64,000 nucleotides of DNA from Antedon mediterranea (lineage: Eukaryota > Animalia > Echinodermata). Below the pieces are notes generated by a model. It did no database searches and had not been told where the DNA came from. It saw only the letters and a program-made list of their open reading frames with translations. Position 1 is the stretch's first letter, and each line of letters starts with the position of its first letter. The translations under genes were made by a program, and so were the position numbers. The stretch is taken from NCBI RefSeq assembly GCF_964355755.1, contig NC_092673.1:26285648-26349647 (forward strand), read 5' to 3'. Below are positions 1 through 13,801 of this stretch, piece by piece.

Positions 1-1540
1 TATATTACAGATCTTTGCACTATTGCGACACCTGGAATTCAAATGTTCCCGAAATTTACTAACGATATTTAAAAAAAAATTTGTGCCTGGGATGCTAAAT
101 ACAAAATGACATGAAATCAAGAAACCACCTTAAAGTGGGATTATATGGCTACCTAGCTCGGTTGGCACACTAAGATAAACTTCCATTTTAAATGTATTTA
201 GTTCTCTTTGAAGTTCGTAGATTGAGTTGCAATACACGCATACAAATATGGTAATTTTTTCGAGCTTGAGAGTAGGGAAATTTAAAAGTTCTTGGATTGC
301 ATACCGGAAACGTTAAATTAGCCTTTAGTGTCATATTATGCACAGATGTTATTCCTGGAAATACATAAGTTCAGTTCAATAATTCATTTTCTAATCAATG
401 ATTACGGAATCGATAGCTTTATATAGCAAGTCAAAAAATCTTTGATGTCGGTTTAAAAAAAGTTCAAATAACGTATCGGGTTTCTCACTTCAATTGACCA
501 CGACACGGTACTGGATATGCCACACGACATTTTATCTTTGTTTTATTTTGTAATTTAAAAAATCTAAGTTTTTTTGCAAATTCATACACTTTTATTATTG
601 CATGGACATCTATAAAAGTTGCGTAAATTATGAATTACATCATTTATCCAAACCATCATCCTGCGTAATCCTCTTGTAAACTCAATTCGATCGATTGTGC
701 ACCCAATGAGTGTAGTGTATTTTCAAAATTCAAAGGAAAATTATTTATATCATAATTTTTATAAAACCTACCACCATGACACTAGCCTTATACTGTCATA
801 GTTCAGCTGTGTTCATCTACTGGCCTTCTTTTTTCCTTTCTTCTTTCGTTGTTGCTCTTGTTCGCAGTGTAGAAATTACAAATAGAATGCCGGCAATAAT
901 TGTCAGCTCCATCGTGTATTAGCCAGGAATATTTCTTAGGCTACAATCTGTGCTACCATAAGACGCATTGTCGCATTAACTATAGGCCAAACATCAGCTT
1001 GCATGGGCATATTAGGTTACTACTAGTCAGTTGCATATTTGCCACAAGACTATCCAACTCTCCATATGTACCACTCAAAACCCCAAACTGAATTTTCTTG
1101 AGATTCTAAATGTCTCAAATTTTTCATTTAAGTGCATTGGCAATACCAAAATTACAGGAGAACCATACATAACAGGCAAGCCCAATAGTGTCCGATATTT
1201 GGAGTGTTGACTATACTACTGTAGGCAGTAAAGTTATGCCACAACTACCCCTACTGTTGTTGACTACTATTGAGGATGTGCATTACTAGCCCTCACCCTA
1301 TGTACACCACTACATTTTGTTTTTTAGTCGAGTCACAGTCTACTACCCCCAAGCCCTTAATGCGGCGAGGCCATAACCTAAAAGCCATACCCTATGGGTA
1401 GTAGACCGCAACAGCACTTGTCATGTTAATTTGGACATTCTCATACACCCATTGTTGTCACGAATCAACTAAAAAACTAAAGATGTTTTCCCTCTCTGTA
1501 AACAAGTACCATGAAGTTATTTCTCCATGCAAGTACTAAC

Positions 1541-4500
1541 CTTATTAAAAATTGACCGACCGTTGAGGGCGTCCATAGCTGATTTTGCTGCAATGTGGTT
1601 TTCAAATTCGACAAAACAGTACGGGTCATTACCAAGATGCTGAAATCAACAAGAATAAGGAAATAGATATAAATTAGTCAATTTATAACTTTCAATGCAT
1701 ATTTCAACAAGGATGGTGAGATTGATGCATGAACGATTTCATTATATAGTATTTATAAAGATTGTATGTATCACATATTTGAGGAAATTACCAAACATGG
1801 GGAACATATGCCTAAACCCATGAATTATTGTTACTCAATGCTAAAAAGAAGACCATATACCATTGGCTTAACAGGTATACATACAATAACAATCCCACCG
1901 TAAAAAACATTTGTGTTCAATGAAAGGAGATATTTTCTAAATTTAGGAACAGAGTATCTCCTGCTCAAGTATAATTCCACCCAAAAACTTTTAAAACTCA
2001 GACACAACAATTACACAATTGTTAATGTAAAATGTAACCCATTAATTATTGCCGATTTGTTTTTTTGCCGGGTCCACTGGGATTCAGTCATATATGGTAC
2101 TATAGTGAAAGCCTAAGTTCTATTCAATAAATGATGATTTCTGGCAACTTGTTTTAAACTTAGAAATGCATCCGTTTTTCAAATCATTCACAGCATTTAA
2201 TAATTTACATTCATTCCAATTCACTTTGTTTCATATTGTTTTCCCGACTAATTGGCGATGATAAATCTAGCAGTACATGTATTTCATTGCAACAGTAAAT
2301 TTGTAAATAAATTTTTAGAATATAGTTAAGTAATTTTCTGATATTATTTTCATTCAATTTCTAGAATTTCTTTTATTCATCCACTATTTAAAATATCATT
2401 CACGTTGTTCGGTCATCAATTTAAACTGCTATTTTATGTTCTAAATTTAGAAAGTATTACATCAATAGTATCCAAGAATTATTTGAGGCATGGTTTAGGT
2501 AAACGCTTATCAATTTGTCGATTTGAAATAATCTTGTTGAACTACTGTGTGAACAAGGCATTTGGGAGCTTTCAATTTGCGATGACCTACGACCTAACTA
2601 GGTCACCAGGACCTAAAAACCATTAAAACTGTTGTTAGGTGTAGAATGAGGACACACGTCCCAACATCCTTGCATGGCCACAACAAATTAACATGACATA
2701 ATTGGGTCGTCACAAATTGAAAGTTCCCCATTATTTTAGTAAGGTCTACCAACATACTATAGGTGAGTGTACGCTAGTGTAGGCGCAAACCCAAATTTGT
2801 ATTTGTGTGTGTGTACTGAGAGCCCAGTCCATTACATGGCAACAACCTAGCATGTCTTTAATGAATTTAGTTGGTTTAACACACAACACTCACTTGTTGC
2901 TTTGTATGCAACACCCTTCAACCAACAATGTTTTAAAAAAAAAAAATAGGAAAGGAATAAATAGGAAAATATATCAATTATGAATTAAACAAATTGATTT
3001 ACTACCTCAACCATTAACGTTGGCCAGGGATTATGACAAACAATTCCTGTAATGAAATTATTAAAATAATGAATTTGACCGTAGATTTGTAATGGGCAGA
3101 TGTTGGTGTGATTTAATCCCATTTTTATTTCTTCCAAAAACTCTTTATTAAAGGTCTTTTATTCAAACTTTTTTACATTGTCAACCTAAGAAACATTACC
3201 TTTAACAGACCCTCTAGTATTGTTTAATACTTTTTAAGCTGAAGCCCATTTTGTAGCTTATTAATATTTTATCAAAAGTCAATGATAAATATTGTTATTC
3301 ACTAGTAATTAATTAATGTTAGATGAAATGTGATGACTTGACTGATCAATTGTTGTTGTTAATGTGATTAGTATAACATCATGTTACAGGGCATTGTTAG
3401 TAATAAATGACATATTTAAACACGACACACACAAGTAAACTGTTAATAATGCATTTTAGTATAGAATATACAGAGTACATAAGTATGGCGGTGAAAACAT
3501 TTGTTTTCGATTAGTAATTTTATGACGATTAGAAATTCACAATAACACTGATGTCTTTTTATAGTCCTGATATAATCAATATTAAGTGGTTTGGAGGTGG
3601 TGTCCACACGGGTTTGCGCAGGAGTTTTGGGGTATGTCAGGGAAAAATTTCATTTTAAAATTTTGTTTAGCAATATTGCTAATCAAACTAATTTTTGAGT
3701 CGAGAAACATGGTTTTGTATTGTATTTTTTGCTATACAATTTTCAAAATGTGTAGCAATAAGGTTGTTTTGTATAGCTTTTTGCTATGCTACACTGGCGA
3801 AATTATTCCCTGTATGTGTACAGTTTGTGCAGTTTATACCCATGTTAGCATACATTCTTAAAAGTAGTGTATTGTGTATGAAAAGTCTACAAAATATGTG
3901 AAACATACGATTCACATTGGGTTTTAAAGAAAAGTATAGTAAATGCATATAAAAAAAGGTTCAAAATAAATATTTGACAGCGAATACAAACTTTGTTGTA
4001 TTTAGGCTAATCAAAGACATTTTTTAAACCAATATTGTAATGAATTCTGGCAGGTACGCGGGAGATGATCAAACTAGGCCAACGGAACGAGATAAACGGC
4101 AAGAATAATTTGATATTCAACTAAGCTCAAAGAACTTAGCAGATGTATCGAGAACGTTGTCAGTCTACAACCTATTCTAAAGGTAATAATAACCAAGTTT
4201 ATAAACTGATTGAAATATTTGGATCATAATTGTTGCCATGATGAATTAACAATACTCAACCAATTCATAGAAAATACCTACAAGGCGTACTATATACATT
4301 AACTAAAGAGAGGAGAGGAGATAACGTGAAATCGGATACTACGAAACTGTCAATGCGTTGTAACCTACTGTATGTCAGACATTGTGATTAGCAAGAATGA
4401 CGGATATTGCATTAAAATTCAACATCAAACAATGATAGCGTCGACTGCAGGTTTTACGACGCTTGTTTTGCCCATAATGTATCCCTTACGAAATCAGAAT

Positions 4501-7500
4501 TCACATATGATAAATAATTCAAAATGTACATAATTATCCTTACAAATACCAAATTGCGGAAACATGAGAAAAATGCTCAGAGAATAATTAAACTTTAAAT
4601 ATTCTTTTAAACAATTCTAAAAAAATTCACCCTATCATTTTTATAATAAGGGGGATTTGCTGCAAATGAGAAGCTCCTCTTCAAACAAGATCTTTTTACA
4701 TTAAGCTCTGTCTACACTATCAAACTTTATGTGACAAAAATGTGATGTGCCCATATATGGACATGATGATATCATATCATCATATTTGTGCATATCACTA
4801 CCATACAGTATTTGGGCACATCACACTTTTTTGTCAAACTAGTTTGATAGTGTAGACAGAGCTTCACACTAGCACTTGATCAATTTTAAACAAATTATAA
4901 GGCTAGCGTAGATATAAAATGGGCTGAAACATCGAACAACGTTTGACAAAAACATAATTTTATATCTGAAAAAGGAACTATAGAGGGCAAGAAGCTTGAG
5001 GGTTTATTCTAAATTTTACAAAAGACTATAGATGGCAGCAAACACAACTAATACCTAATCACACACAATTATAAGACGTGGACTTATCCAGGTGGGGATC
5101 TTCTCGTCAGTTCTGCCGAGAAAAAATGTAACATTTTAGAATCGTACCAAGACTCGGAAAACACAAACAGTTCAAACAATAAATGATTAAAAAAGAACTA
5201 CATTTAAATGTTTAATATTTTTTCACTATACACTTTTATTGTATGGTAATGAAGTAATATAATTTGGCATAAAATCCTATTTACAACCTTGTATCAAAGA
5301 TGGTGCAAATATTTAGGATTTACGATACAATAAAATTGTTTTTCATCCAGATTTTTTAATGAAAGGATGCGCCAATTTTGAAGATCTACAATCAAAATGA
5401 AACTAATAATTGCTAATTTATACAGACGCCTTTGTTGATTTATAATTACCATAAAGACATACATTTTGGTAGATGGTTATGACATTATTCATTATCATCA
5501 ACACACAATGCGGGAAAATGCGATGCAATCGTCATACCTTTTGTTGCTATATACCAGGCAACATACTGTATCGTTCGTTATCTTTTCTCAATGTCAATCA
5601 ATGTTTTGTATTTTGTATATGTCCAACACAATGCAATAAATAAATAATTCACTATTATAAGCGAATATCCATGTTGTTAAATAATTGTCGTATTCGATTG
5701 GGAACTTTCGTTGTCAACGTAAAGATTCATTGAGTACTTTTTGTATTCGAATTGTAAATTTGTGCTCAACAGAAAGTCATTCGAATAGAAAACGTACCTA
5801 TGTCACAAACACTTGTTTTGACTGAAGGAGGCATCAACGCAACAATCGCAGACCATAACAGCTTTCAAAAGACTCTGCGTCAAATTTAGAAGCCAGTTCG
5901 ACTTTTTGGATGTAATTGTGCTGGGCAAAGGTGGATGGAAACTCCCACATTTACAGTCCACGCCTACAGCTTATTTTAAAGTCTTCCAACCAGCCTAATT
6001 TTACGAAACACCCACCCAAAATGTGGGTACCTGAAAGAACTATTTGTTCCGACCCCACTTTTTGACACACTATCCAAAGTATCGATAAGCAAGCCTGCGA
6101 GCTACAGCGATTTTAATTGCTTTTGCTTATCCTTGCCTCCTTAGATTTCCACCTGTCTTGTTTTTGTTACCTTGTTTTAAATGCATTTCGATTTTAAAGG
6201 CTAAATAAAGAATGAATGAATGAAATCCATAGACTTCTCTATAGCTACAACCATGCAAATTCATGTGGAAACATTCCCATGATCAGGATTTTGCTTTGTA
6301 ATTTTAATTCAGTCTTCGGAGGACAACAGCTTTTGTTAAACTACAGTAAAAAATATTCTATTACCTTTGTTAGTATTATTGAATGGAAACCAGTGCGTAT
6401 GATAATTGTAAGTCACACTAATCTTAATAAGTATATTTACTTTGTAAATTTAATAATTCATTTCATCATATTCAAGGAAAACATATGGTACATGTTTTAT
6501 GTAAACGTTGTATACTTACTTCACTGATGAGTTTACAGTTCAAACAAGTTCCAATGGCACCAAACAGCTGTAGTATAAGATCTTCAGTCACCTCCCTAGC
6601 CAAATTGCCGATGTACCTTTACAATTAAAGTTACATACAATATTATCATATCTTTTAGTTTTTACATTAAGTGCACATCATCTCATGACTACCAAATTAA
6701 CCTTCCTGATTTGTGACAAACAAGATGTAAAACATTTTATGTCTACATGAATGGAAAAGGTTTGACAAGACAATGAGCATGTGAAAGCTTTGCGATCATG
6801 GTATGCGGGACAATGAGCATGTGAAAGCTTTGCAATCATGGTATGCGGGACAATGAGCATGTGAAAGCTTTGCGATCATGTTATACAGGAAAATGAGCAT
6901 GTGGAAGCTTTGCGATCATGGTATGCGAGACAATGAGTGTGTGAAATCTTGCAACCAACATCTTAGGATTTCACAGGCCAGTTCCATGAAATTGTACAGA
7001 AGCCAACATAAGAATCACAGGTTCCCAAATGAATGAGAACAGTTTAGTAATGACTATACTTTAAATGGCATTAAAAGGCTGTTTGGTAGACTCTATAGCC
7101 CTGTGGCTAGTATTATACTTCTTTCTCATATAATTGATTGCATGGAATATAAAATAAATAAAAGAATACATGCTGATTAATTCAAATGTATGAATACATC
7201 ACATATTCAGTTATTATTATGCTTCACATTTGCTCTAGAAATTTAGACTAGTAGTTTACATACTGCAGGATAGGCCTGTAACTTCATACTGGAGATTTCT
7301 TAGCTGAAGTCTAGCGTTCAATGCTTACTCCGGCATTGCACATACCACTGTAAATGTGATGGGCTGTGTTTAAAGTAAAATAGACTTTCCAGAACAGGCT
7401 CATTTTATATTGATCAGAGTAATAGGATGAGAAAATTTTATATTGATCTAAGTAATAGGATAGGCAATTGTTATATTGATCTAAGTAATAGGATGGACAA

Positions 7501-10085
7501 ATTTTATATTGATCTAAGTAATAGGATGGGCAAATTTTATATTGATCTAAGTAATAGCATGGGCAAATTATATATCTTGATCGAAGTAATAGGATAGGCC
7601 ATTGTTATATTGATCTAAGTAATAGGATGGGCAAATTATATATCTTGATCTAAGTAATAGGACAGGCCATTGTTATATTGATCTAAGTAATAGGATGGGC
7701 AAATTATATATCTTGATCGAAGTAATAGGATAGGCAATTGTTATATTGATCTAAGTAATAGGATGGACAAATTTTATATTGATCTAAGTAATAGGATGGA
7801 CAAATTTTATATTGATCTAAGTAATAGGATGGGCAAATTTTATATTGATCTAAGTAATAGCATGGGCAAATTATATATCTTGATCTAAGTAATAGGACAG
7901 ACAATTGTTATATTGATCCTAAAGTAATAGGACAGGCAATTGTTATATTGATCCTAAAGTAATAGGACAGGCAATTGTTATATTGATCCTAAAGTAATAG
8001 GACAGGCAATTGTTATATTGATCCTAAAGTAATAGGACAGGCAATTGTTATATTGATCCTAAAGTAATAGGACAGGCAATTGTTATATTGATCCTAAAGT
8101 AATAGGACAGGCAATTGTTATATTGATCCTAAAGTAATAGGACAGGCAATTGTTATATTGATCCTAAAGTAATAGGACAGGCAATTGTTATATTGATCCT
8201 AAGTAATAGGACAGGCAATTGTTATATTGATCCTAAAGTAATAGGACAGGCAATTGTTATATTGATCCTAAAGTAATAGGACAGGCAATTGTTATATTGA
8301 TCCTAAAGTAATAGGACAGGCAATTGTTATATTGATCCTAAAGTAATAGGACAGGCAATTGTTATATTGATCCTAAAGTAATAGGACAGGCAATTGTTAT
8401 ATTGATCCTAAAGTAATAGGACAGGCAATTGTTATATTGATCCTAAAGTAATAGGACAGGCAATTGTTATATTGATCCTAAAGTAATAGGACAGGCAATT
8501 GTTATATTGATCCTAAAGTAATAGGACAGGCAATTGTTATATTGATCCTAAGTAATAGGACAGGCAATTGTTATATTGATCCTAAAGTAATAGGACAGGC
8601 AATTGTTATATTGATCCTAAAGTAATAGGACAGGCAATTGTTATATTGATCCTAAGTAATAGGACAGGCAATTGTTATATTGATCCGAAGTAATAGGACA
8701 GGCCATTGTTATATTGATCTAAGTAATAATATCATGTGAAAGCGCTTAAAGAACATGTACATTGAATATAAAGATAAGCTAGTAAATTAAAATTTAAAGT
8801 AAGGATTATGGACGACTCTGCAGTTTTATATATTAAGGCAAATTACCAAGGATAACCATACAGTAAATGAATTCATTCACTATCCTTCTTAAATGTATAA
8901 ATTCTGTTGATAACACAAATATAAACAAGGTGCTCTACATAAACAAAGTCTTATTACAAGTCTTTAGGAACAAATATAACAAGACTTGAACCCTTAACAA
9001 GTGGATTATTAGCGGAGGTTCATAACCACCAAGCTACTGTACAACTCAAGCAATAGCCTTGTTCCACTGTATAACTGCATTGAGGATGACAATTTTAAAG
9101 ACAATGAATGAACAGTTTTCATTAAAAGAAATTTAAAGAAAATATATATTTTTTTAATAGTCCTAAATATTGATTTCAATATTGTCAAATTCTATTTCTA
9201 TTCACACCCACTACTGAAAGCAACCTGTAGCCTAAGACTAGGCTTTTGTAGAATGAGCACTTGATTGATGAGATGGTGAAAAGGTAATTTGTATCATTTT
9301 CGCACACATTTTAAATTTGTAATTCCTCGCATAATTTCAAATTGCTAAAATTGCGCAATAATTTTCCTTGCACAATTTCAAAAGGAAATCATTGTGTAGT
9401 TTTAAAAACCAAATATAAAGACTAAAGTAAAAAATCTAACGTGGTACTTGATTTATGATAAATATTTTAAACTATCTACCTAGACTTAATTAAAATTGAA
9501 AGTGTTAAGATGATATATACAGCTGCCCAAACATTTTAAGTCATTGACGTTGCATTAAAAATACATATGGCTCAGGAGATAGAGAAAGTCAACAACACAA
9601 ACGACTAGGCCTAGCCGCTGTTCCCGCCGTTATGTATAGACTAGGTAGCTAGTATGCCCGACTAATGTGTAAAAAATATGTCGATTATAACGGCACTAAA
9701 ACTTGTACACAAAGCAGAAAATTTAAATAAATCACAATAAAAATAATAAGTGCATAGGGAATATTAATCACACCATATGTAGTACATTCGGTGATTAACT
9801 TACAATACTCTTTGCTTATCATCCTCGCCGTTGTTACCGAATTCTGAAGGCAAAATTCTTCCGGGTCCGCCGCCTCCAGCTCCACCACCATCTCCACTCA
9901 TCCTACCACCATGGTTCTAAAACGATAGATTTTTACGTCAAATTAACAACACTTTTAAGCTGAATTTGTGATCAATGTTTTCCTGCAAATATACATCAAC
10001 TTACCCTTTGTCCTTGGTGTCGATCAAAATGTCCATTTCCTTGGTAGGAACCATATTGATATTGGTTTGCGTTGAGGAAAGCCAT
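1541..10085 (-). CDS. TIAL1: TIA1/TIAR (nucleolysin) family RRM protein, 5' part; gene continues beyond the left edge of the window
   Basis: In-frame GT-AG exons 10085-10005, 9916-9804, 6616-6520, 1639-1541 give [130 protein letters not shown]. This matches TIA1/TIAR RRM1 (LYVGNLSRDVTE.LILQLFSQIG.CK.CK...NDPYCFVEF). TIA1 versus TIAL1 cannot be distinguished; likely a co-ortholog. Confidence 0.93.
2563..2730. mobile_element. MITE-like element with terminal inverted repeats
   Basis: GGGAGCTTTCAATTTGCGATGACC ... GGTCGTCACAAATTGAAAGTTCCC imperfect inverted ends, about 170 bp, non-coding. Confidence 0.6.
4704..4863. mobile_element. MITE family A (PIF/Harbinger-like), copy 1
   Basis: TIR AGCTCTGTCTACACTATCAAACT ... 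AGTTTGATAGTGTAGACAGAGCT with internal TGTGATGTGCCCA inverted pair; flanked by TTA/TCA; four more copies in the window. Confidence 0.85.
6769..6950. repeat. 40-bp tandem repeat, about 4.5 copies, in a TIAR intron
   Basis: Unit CAATGAGCATGTGAAAGCTTTGCGATCATGGTATGCGGGA starting at 6771, 6811, 6851, 6891, 6931. Confidence 0.95.
7403..8727. repeat. 33-36-bp minisatellite, about 1.3 kb, in a TIAR intron
   Basis: Unit GCAATTGTTATATTGATCCTAAAGTAATAGGACAG; heterogeneous left part, near-identical right part. Confidence 0.97.
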
Positions 10086-10124
10086 TTTTCGATATTTTCG
10101 ATTGAGGATGATGGCGTTGAACAC

Positions 10125-10150
10125 GAGGAACTTCCTGTACGCATGCGTGT
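10125..10150 (-). promoter_or_regulatory. Probable TIAR proximal promoter (ETS and NRF1-like motifs)
   Basis: ACTTCCTG (CAGGAAGT on minus) and palindromic ACGCATGCGT 45-65 bp upstream of the ATG at 10085. Confidence 0.4.
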
Positions 10151-11194
10151 ATATGAATTATGGGACTGTTGGTTTCTCGTTCTATAAAAAAATGAAATAC
10201 TGCCCTCATTCTTACATAAAACTTGTCAAGCAAATTAAATATCGCTCGATATCATGCTTTGAACCCCAATTTTTCAATTAAAAGCCAAACGCGCTAAATA
10301 TTATGGGCAAAAAAGACAAATCTTGTACATGAAAATATCAAACACATTAATATAAAAAATAAGATGTATCCCAAAATAAAATCAAACCAAAGCGAAATAA
10401 ATCATTGTCAATGGCTCAACAGAAATGGAGAACGAACATCAATAGTTTAAATACATTACAATTCCTAATAATAAATTTAAAATTAATAAAATCTAAATAT
10501 ATGAAATACATTGACCTATGAGTTAATTCAATTTGAATTGTTTTCTCAGTACGTACTACTTACCTTACCTTGTCGAATTTGAAATTTAACACCATGCCGT
10601 CAATATTACTTTTAAACAGTAACATTGTCCTCTTTAACTTTCTAGCTACCTCATTAGTCTCCAATATCTACAGAGTGCTTTCGGGTCAAAGAACATGTTT
10701 TGTTTGGACTACTGTAGGCCTAAAGCTATAATTGTTTTTAGTCCTATACTACCGGACTCAATTTGTTCAACATGACAGTATACGCCCGATTGTGATAAAT
10801 CTTTCTTTTTGTTTTCGCTTACTTAATTCATGGACTTTAAATTTAGTCCATGCTTAATTTCCCATTTCACGGTTATCGGTTAAAGTAGTCGAAAATGCAA
10901 AATGTTGATTTTACCTAGCAGACAATAAACAACATACATGATACATGATATCAAACAATATTGATTGATTTTATTGATAAAGACAACATAGATCCGGATG
11001 GGCTTGATCGTTTCGGAATAATACAGTGTAAAATTTCGTTCAAAAGATTAATAAAATCAGACTTTTATATTTTCAATTTATTTATAAACGAAGAACAAAA
11101 GCAATTATTTCATGTATAAAATGACAAAATAAAAGCAATTGCAGTATTCCAAAAGAAAAAAGACAAAATAAACGGTCACATTTAATAAAAATCC

Positions 11195-11492
11195 TATTGC
11201 GTGCCACGTACTGACATTTTTTCCAAAGCGTTCAGATATAGTGATTGGTCAATATTGCGTGCCCCGTACTCACAATTTGTTTCAAAGCGTTCAGATAATA
11301 GTGATTGGTCAATTGCGTGCCCCGTACTCACAATTTGTTTCAAAGCGTTCAGATAGTGATTGGTCAATTGCGTGCCCCGTATTCACAATTTGTTTCAAAG
11401 CGTTCAGATAGTGATTGGTCAATTGCGTGCCCCGTACTCACAATTTGTTTTAAAGCGTTCAGATAGTGATTGGTCAATTGCGTGCTCCGTAC
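11195..11492. repeat. 55-bp tandem repeat, about 5.5 copies
   Basis: Unit GTGATTGGTCAATTGCGTGCCCCGTACTCACAATTTGTTTCAAAGCGTTCAGATA. Confidence 0.95.
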
Positions 11493-11696
11493 CTTTCTCG
11501 CATTGCGTCTTATGGCAACTAAACTTCATGCCATATCAATCAACCATATCCAACTTCAATCAGCCCTACCAACTCAACTCACCAAATAAACATAGTGCAC
11601 ATTTATATGATAATTATATCCGCTGTCTGCGATCATATTGATGAAAAAAACATACAATTAAGCATACTTAAGTGTCATTTGTCGCGTGACATTAAT

Positions 11697-12830
11697 ATTT
11701 ATAGCGAAGTCTTTAGTAAGGACTGACGTACTCACACACAGTACCTGGTACTCGAGCTAACTTATTGTATCCTTTTAAAAAGGGTATATATTGTGTTGAA
11801 TCGATGTGACTATATTTTATAGCGAAGTTTTTAGTGATGGCTGACGTGCTGGTACTCGAGCTAACTTATTTTATCCCTTTAAAAAACGTATCGTGTTGAA
11901 TCGATATGACTGTAGTTTTATAGCGAAGTTTTTAGTGAGGGCTGACGTGCTCACAGTAAGTACTGATACTCGAGCTAACTTATTTTATCCTTTTAAAAAA
12001 CGTATATATTGTGTTGAATCGATGTGACTTATTTTATAGCGAAGTTTTTAGTGAAGGCTGACGTGCTCACAGTAAGTACTGATACTTGAGCTAACTTATT
12101 TTATCCTTTTAAAAAAGGCACGGTATATATTGTGTTGAATCGATGTGACTGTATTTTATAGCGAAGTTTTTAGTGAAGGCTGACGTGCTCACAGTAACTA
12201 GACCTACTGGTACTTGAGCTTACTGACTTTATCCTTTTAAAAAGGTATATATTGTGTTGAATCGATGTGACTGTATTATTTTTATAGCGAAGTTTTTAGT
12301 GAGGACTAATATGCTCACAGTAAGTACTGGTACTCGAGCTAACTGATTTTATCCTTTTAAAAAAGGTATATATTATTATTTTGAATCGATGTGACTGTAT
12401 TTTATATAGCGAAGTTTTTAATGAGGGCTGACGTGTTCACAGTAAGTACTGATTGATACTCAATCACATTGTGTAGGACAGGACAAGCTAATTGATTTTA
12501 TCTTTTAAAAAATGCATTGTGTTGAATCTATGTGACTGTATTTTATAGCGAAGTTTTTAGTGAAGGCTGACGTGCTCACCACACAGTAAGTACTGGTACT
12601 CAGTCACATTATGCAGGACAGGACGAGCTAACTGATTTTATCTTTGAAAAATGCATTGTGTTGAATTGACGTATGACTGTATTTTATAGCGACAAGTGAG
12701 GGCTGACGTGCTTACAGTAAGTACTGATACTGGAGGTAACTTATTTTATCCTTAAGGTACATAATAATATTGTGTTGAATCGATGTGACTGTATGACAGT
12801 GAAGGTTTTAGTGAGGGCTGACGTGTTCAC
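11697..12830. repeat. Diverged 105-140-bp tandem repeat, about 10 copies
   Basis: Recurrent TATAGCGAAGTTTTTAGTGAGGGCTGACGTGCTCACAGTAAGTACTG...GAGCTAACTTATTTTATCCTTTTAAAAA...TTGTGTTGAATCGATGTGACT. Confidence 0.93.
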
Positions 12831-13086
12831 AACACAGGAAACATGATCTGAAAGTGTTTTATTAACATTTAAATTATTTTTTCTTCATAGAAGTCTATCA
12901 TTGTGTTACATGTTGTTGTTGTATTTCTTTGCCATATTTTTGTCAGTAAGTTTGTGTTTCATTTATTTAGGCCCTCCTAAAGTCTCGTCATCACCGGATA
13001 GTGTCCCCATTCTATTTTGGCCAAGTTTAACTGATTGTTGTCATCGGGAACAATTTATTGACTTAAAAAAACATCCACCCTGTTAA

Positions 13087-13422
13087 AGATGTATTGTCCT
13101 CCCCCCCCCCCCCCCCCAAAACATGAAAAATAAAGATTAATTAAATCATACTTTGAATATGTTATTTAGTTGTTTTAATAATATTAATCACTTCCATAAA
13201 AAAAATTGTTTTACATATAAATTGAGAAAATAAATGGTTAAATTCAACCAAAAACCCACTGGCTGATAGCAAATTTTTTGCTTGAAATTACAGTTTTTTC
13301 AGGTAAATACATTTTTTTTGATCCAATTTTTGGTCAAAGTGGATAACTATTATTTTACACTAAAATGGCATATTCAACAACAATTTTGTTAAGAATTATT
13401 TTTTCAGAGGGACAATAGATAT
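13087..13422. mobile_element. Non-autonomous TTAA-target DNA transposon (Kolobok-like), degenerate copy
   Basis: TTAA-AGATGTATTGTCC left end and GGGACAATA right end; internal sequence shared with 25615-25916 and with fragments near 11160 and 17045. Confidence 0.65.
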
Positions 13423-13801
13423 ATAATGTTAATTCGTCCTGCCTGCGTTGGAAACAACAATGGTTACTGAAAACAAAATGTTTTGCAGGTTGTTGACAAA
13501 CAAACGTTTTAGCTGCTTGCTTCATTCTTGACGTTCAACAATCTCTGACAATGGATTTATGTATTAATGGTAAGGATATCTCTGACGTCAATTCATTACC
13601 AAGTATAATTTCATTTTCTAGATTATGAGATTTCAATGATAAAGAATAACACGAGACAAGCTTGGGAATTGGGCCTTTATCACACACTGGGCATTCATCA
13701 TACGAATTTCAAATTAATAATAAATTAATGGGACCCACAAAGTTAGGAACTTAGCAAACAGTGGAATCGGGAAAACATGATATAGGAATTGGAGAGTAGG
13801 C

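Noticed and set aside
800-1100. Short ORFs near the left edge as further TIAR exons
   Set aside because: None encodes the expected next RRM1 segment (EVKVNWA-like); the next exon is probably outside the window.
6702-6742. Possible 41-nt frameshifting poison exon in TIAR (catgtag...gttaat)
   Set aside because: Weak donor with no U-rich tract after it; such AG/GT pairs arise by chance. Needs RNA-seq.
7704-7904. ORF-track peptide with [11 protein letters not shown] repeats (likewise ORFs 6678-6860, 11360-11641, 42126-42365)
   Set aside because: Translations of minisatellite units, with no gene context.
9898-9912. Apparent uORF (MVVG-stop) overlapping an ATG at 9901 of TIAR
   Set aside because: It lies inside coding exon 2 once the upstream in-frame exon 10085-10005 is recognised.
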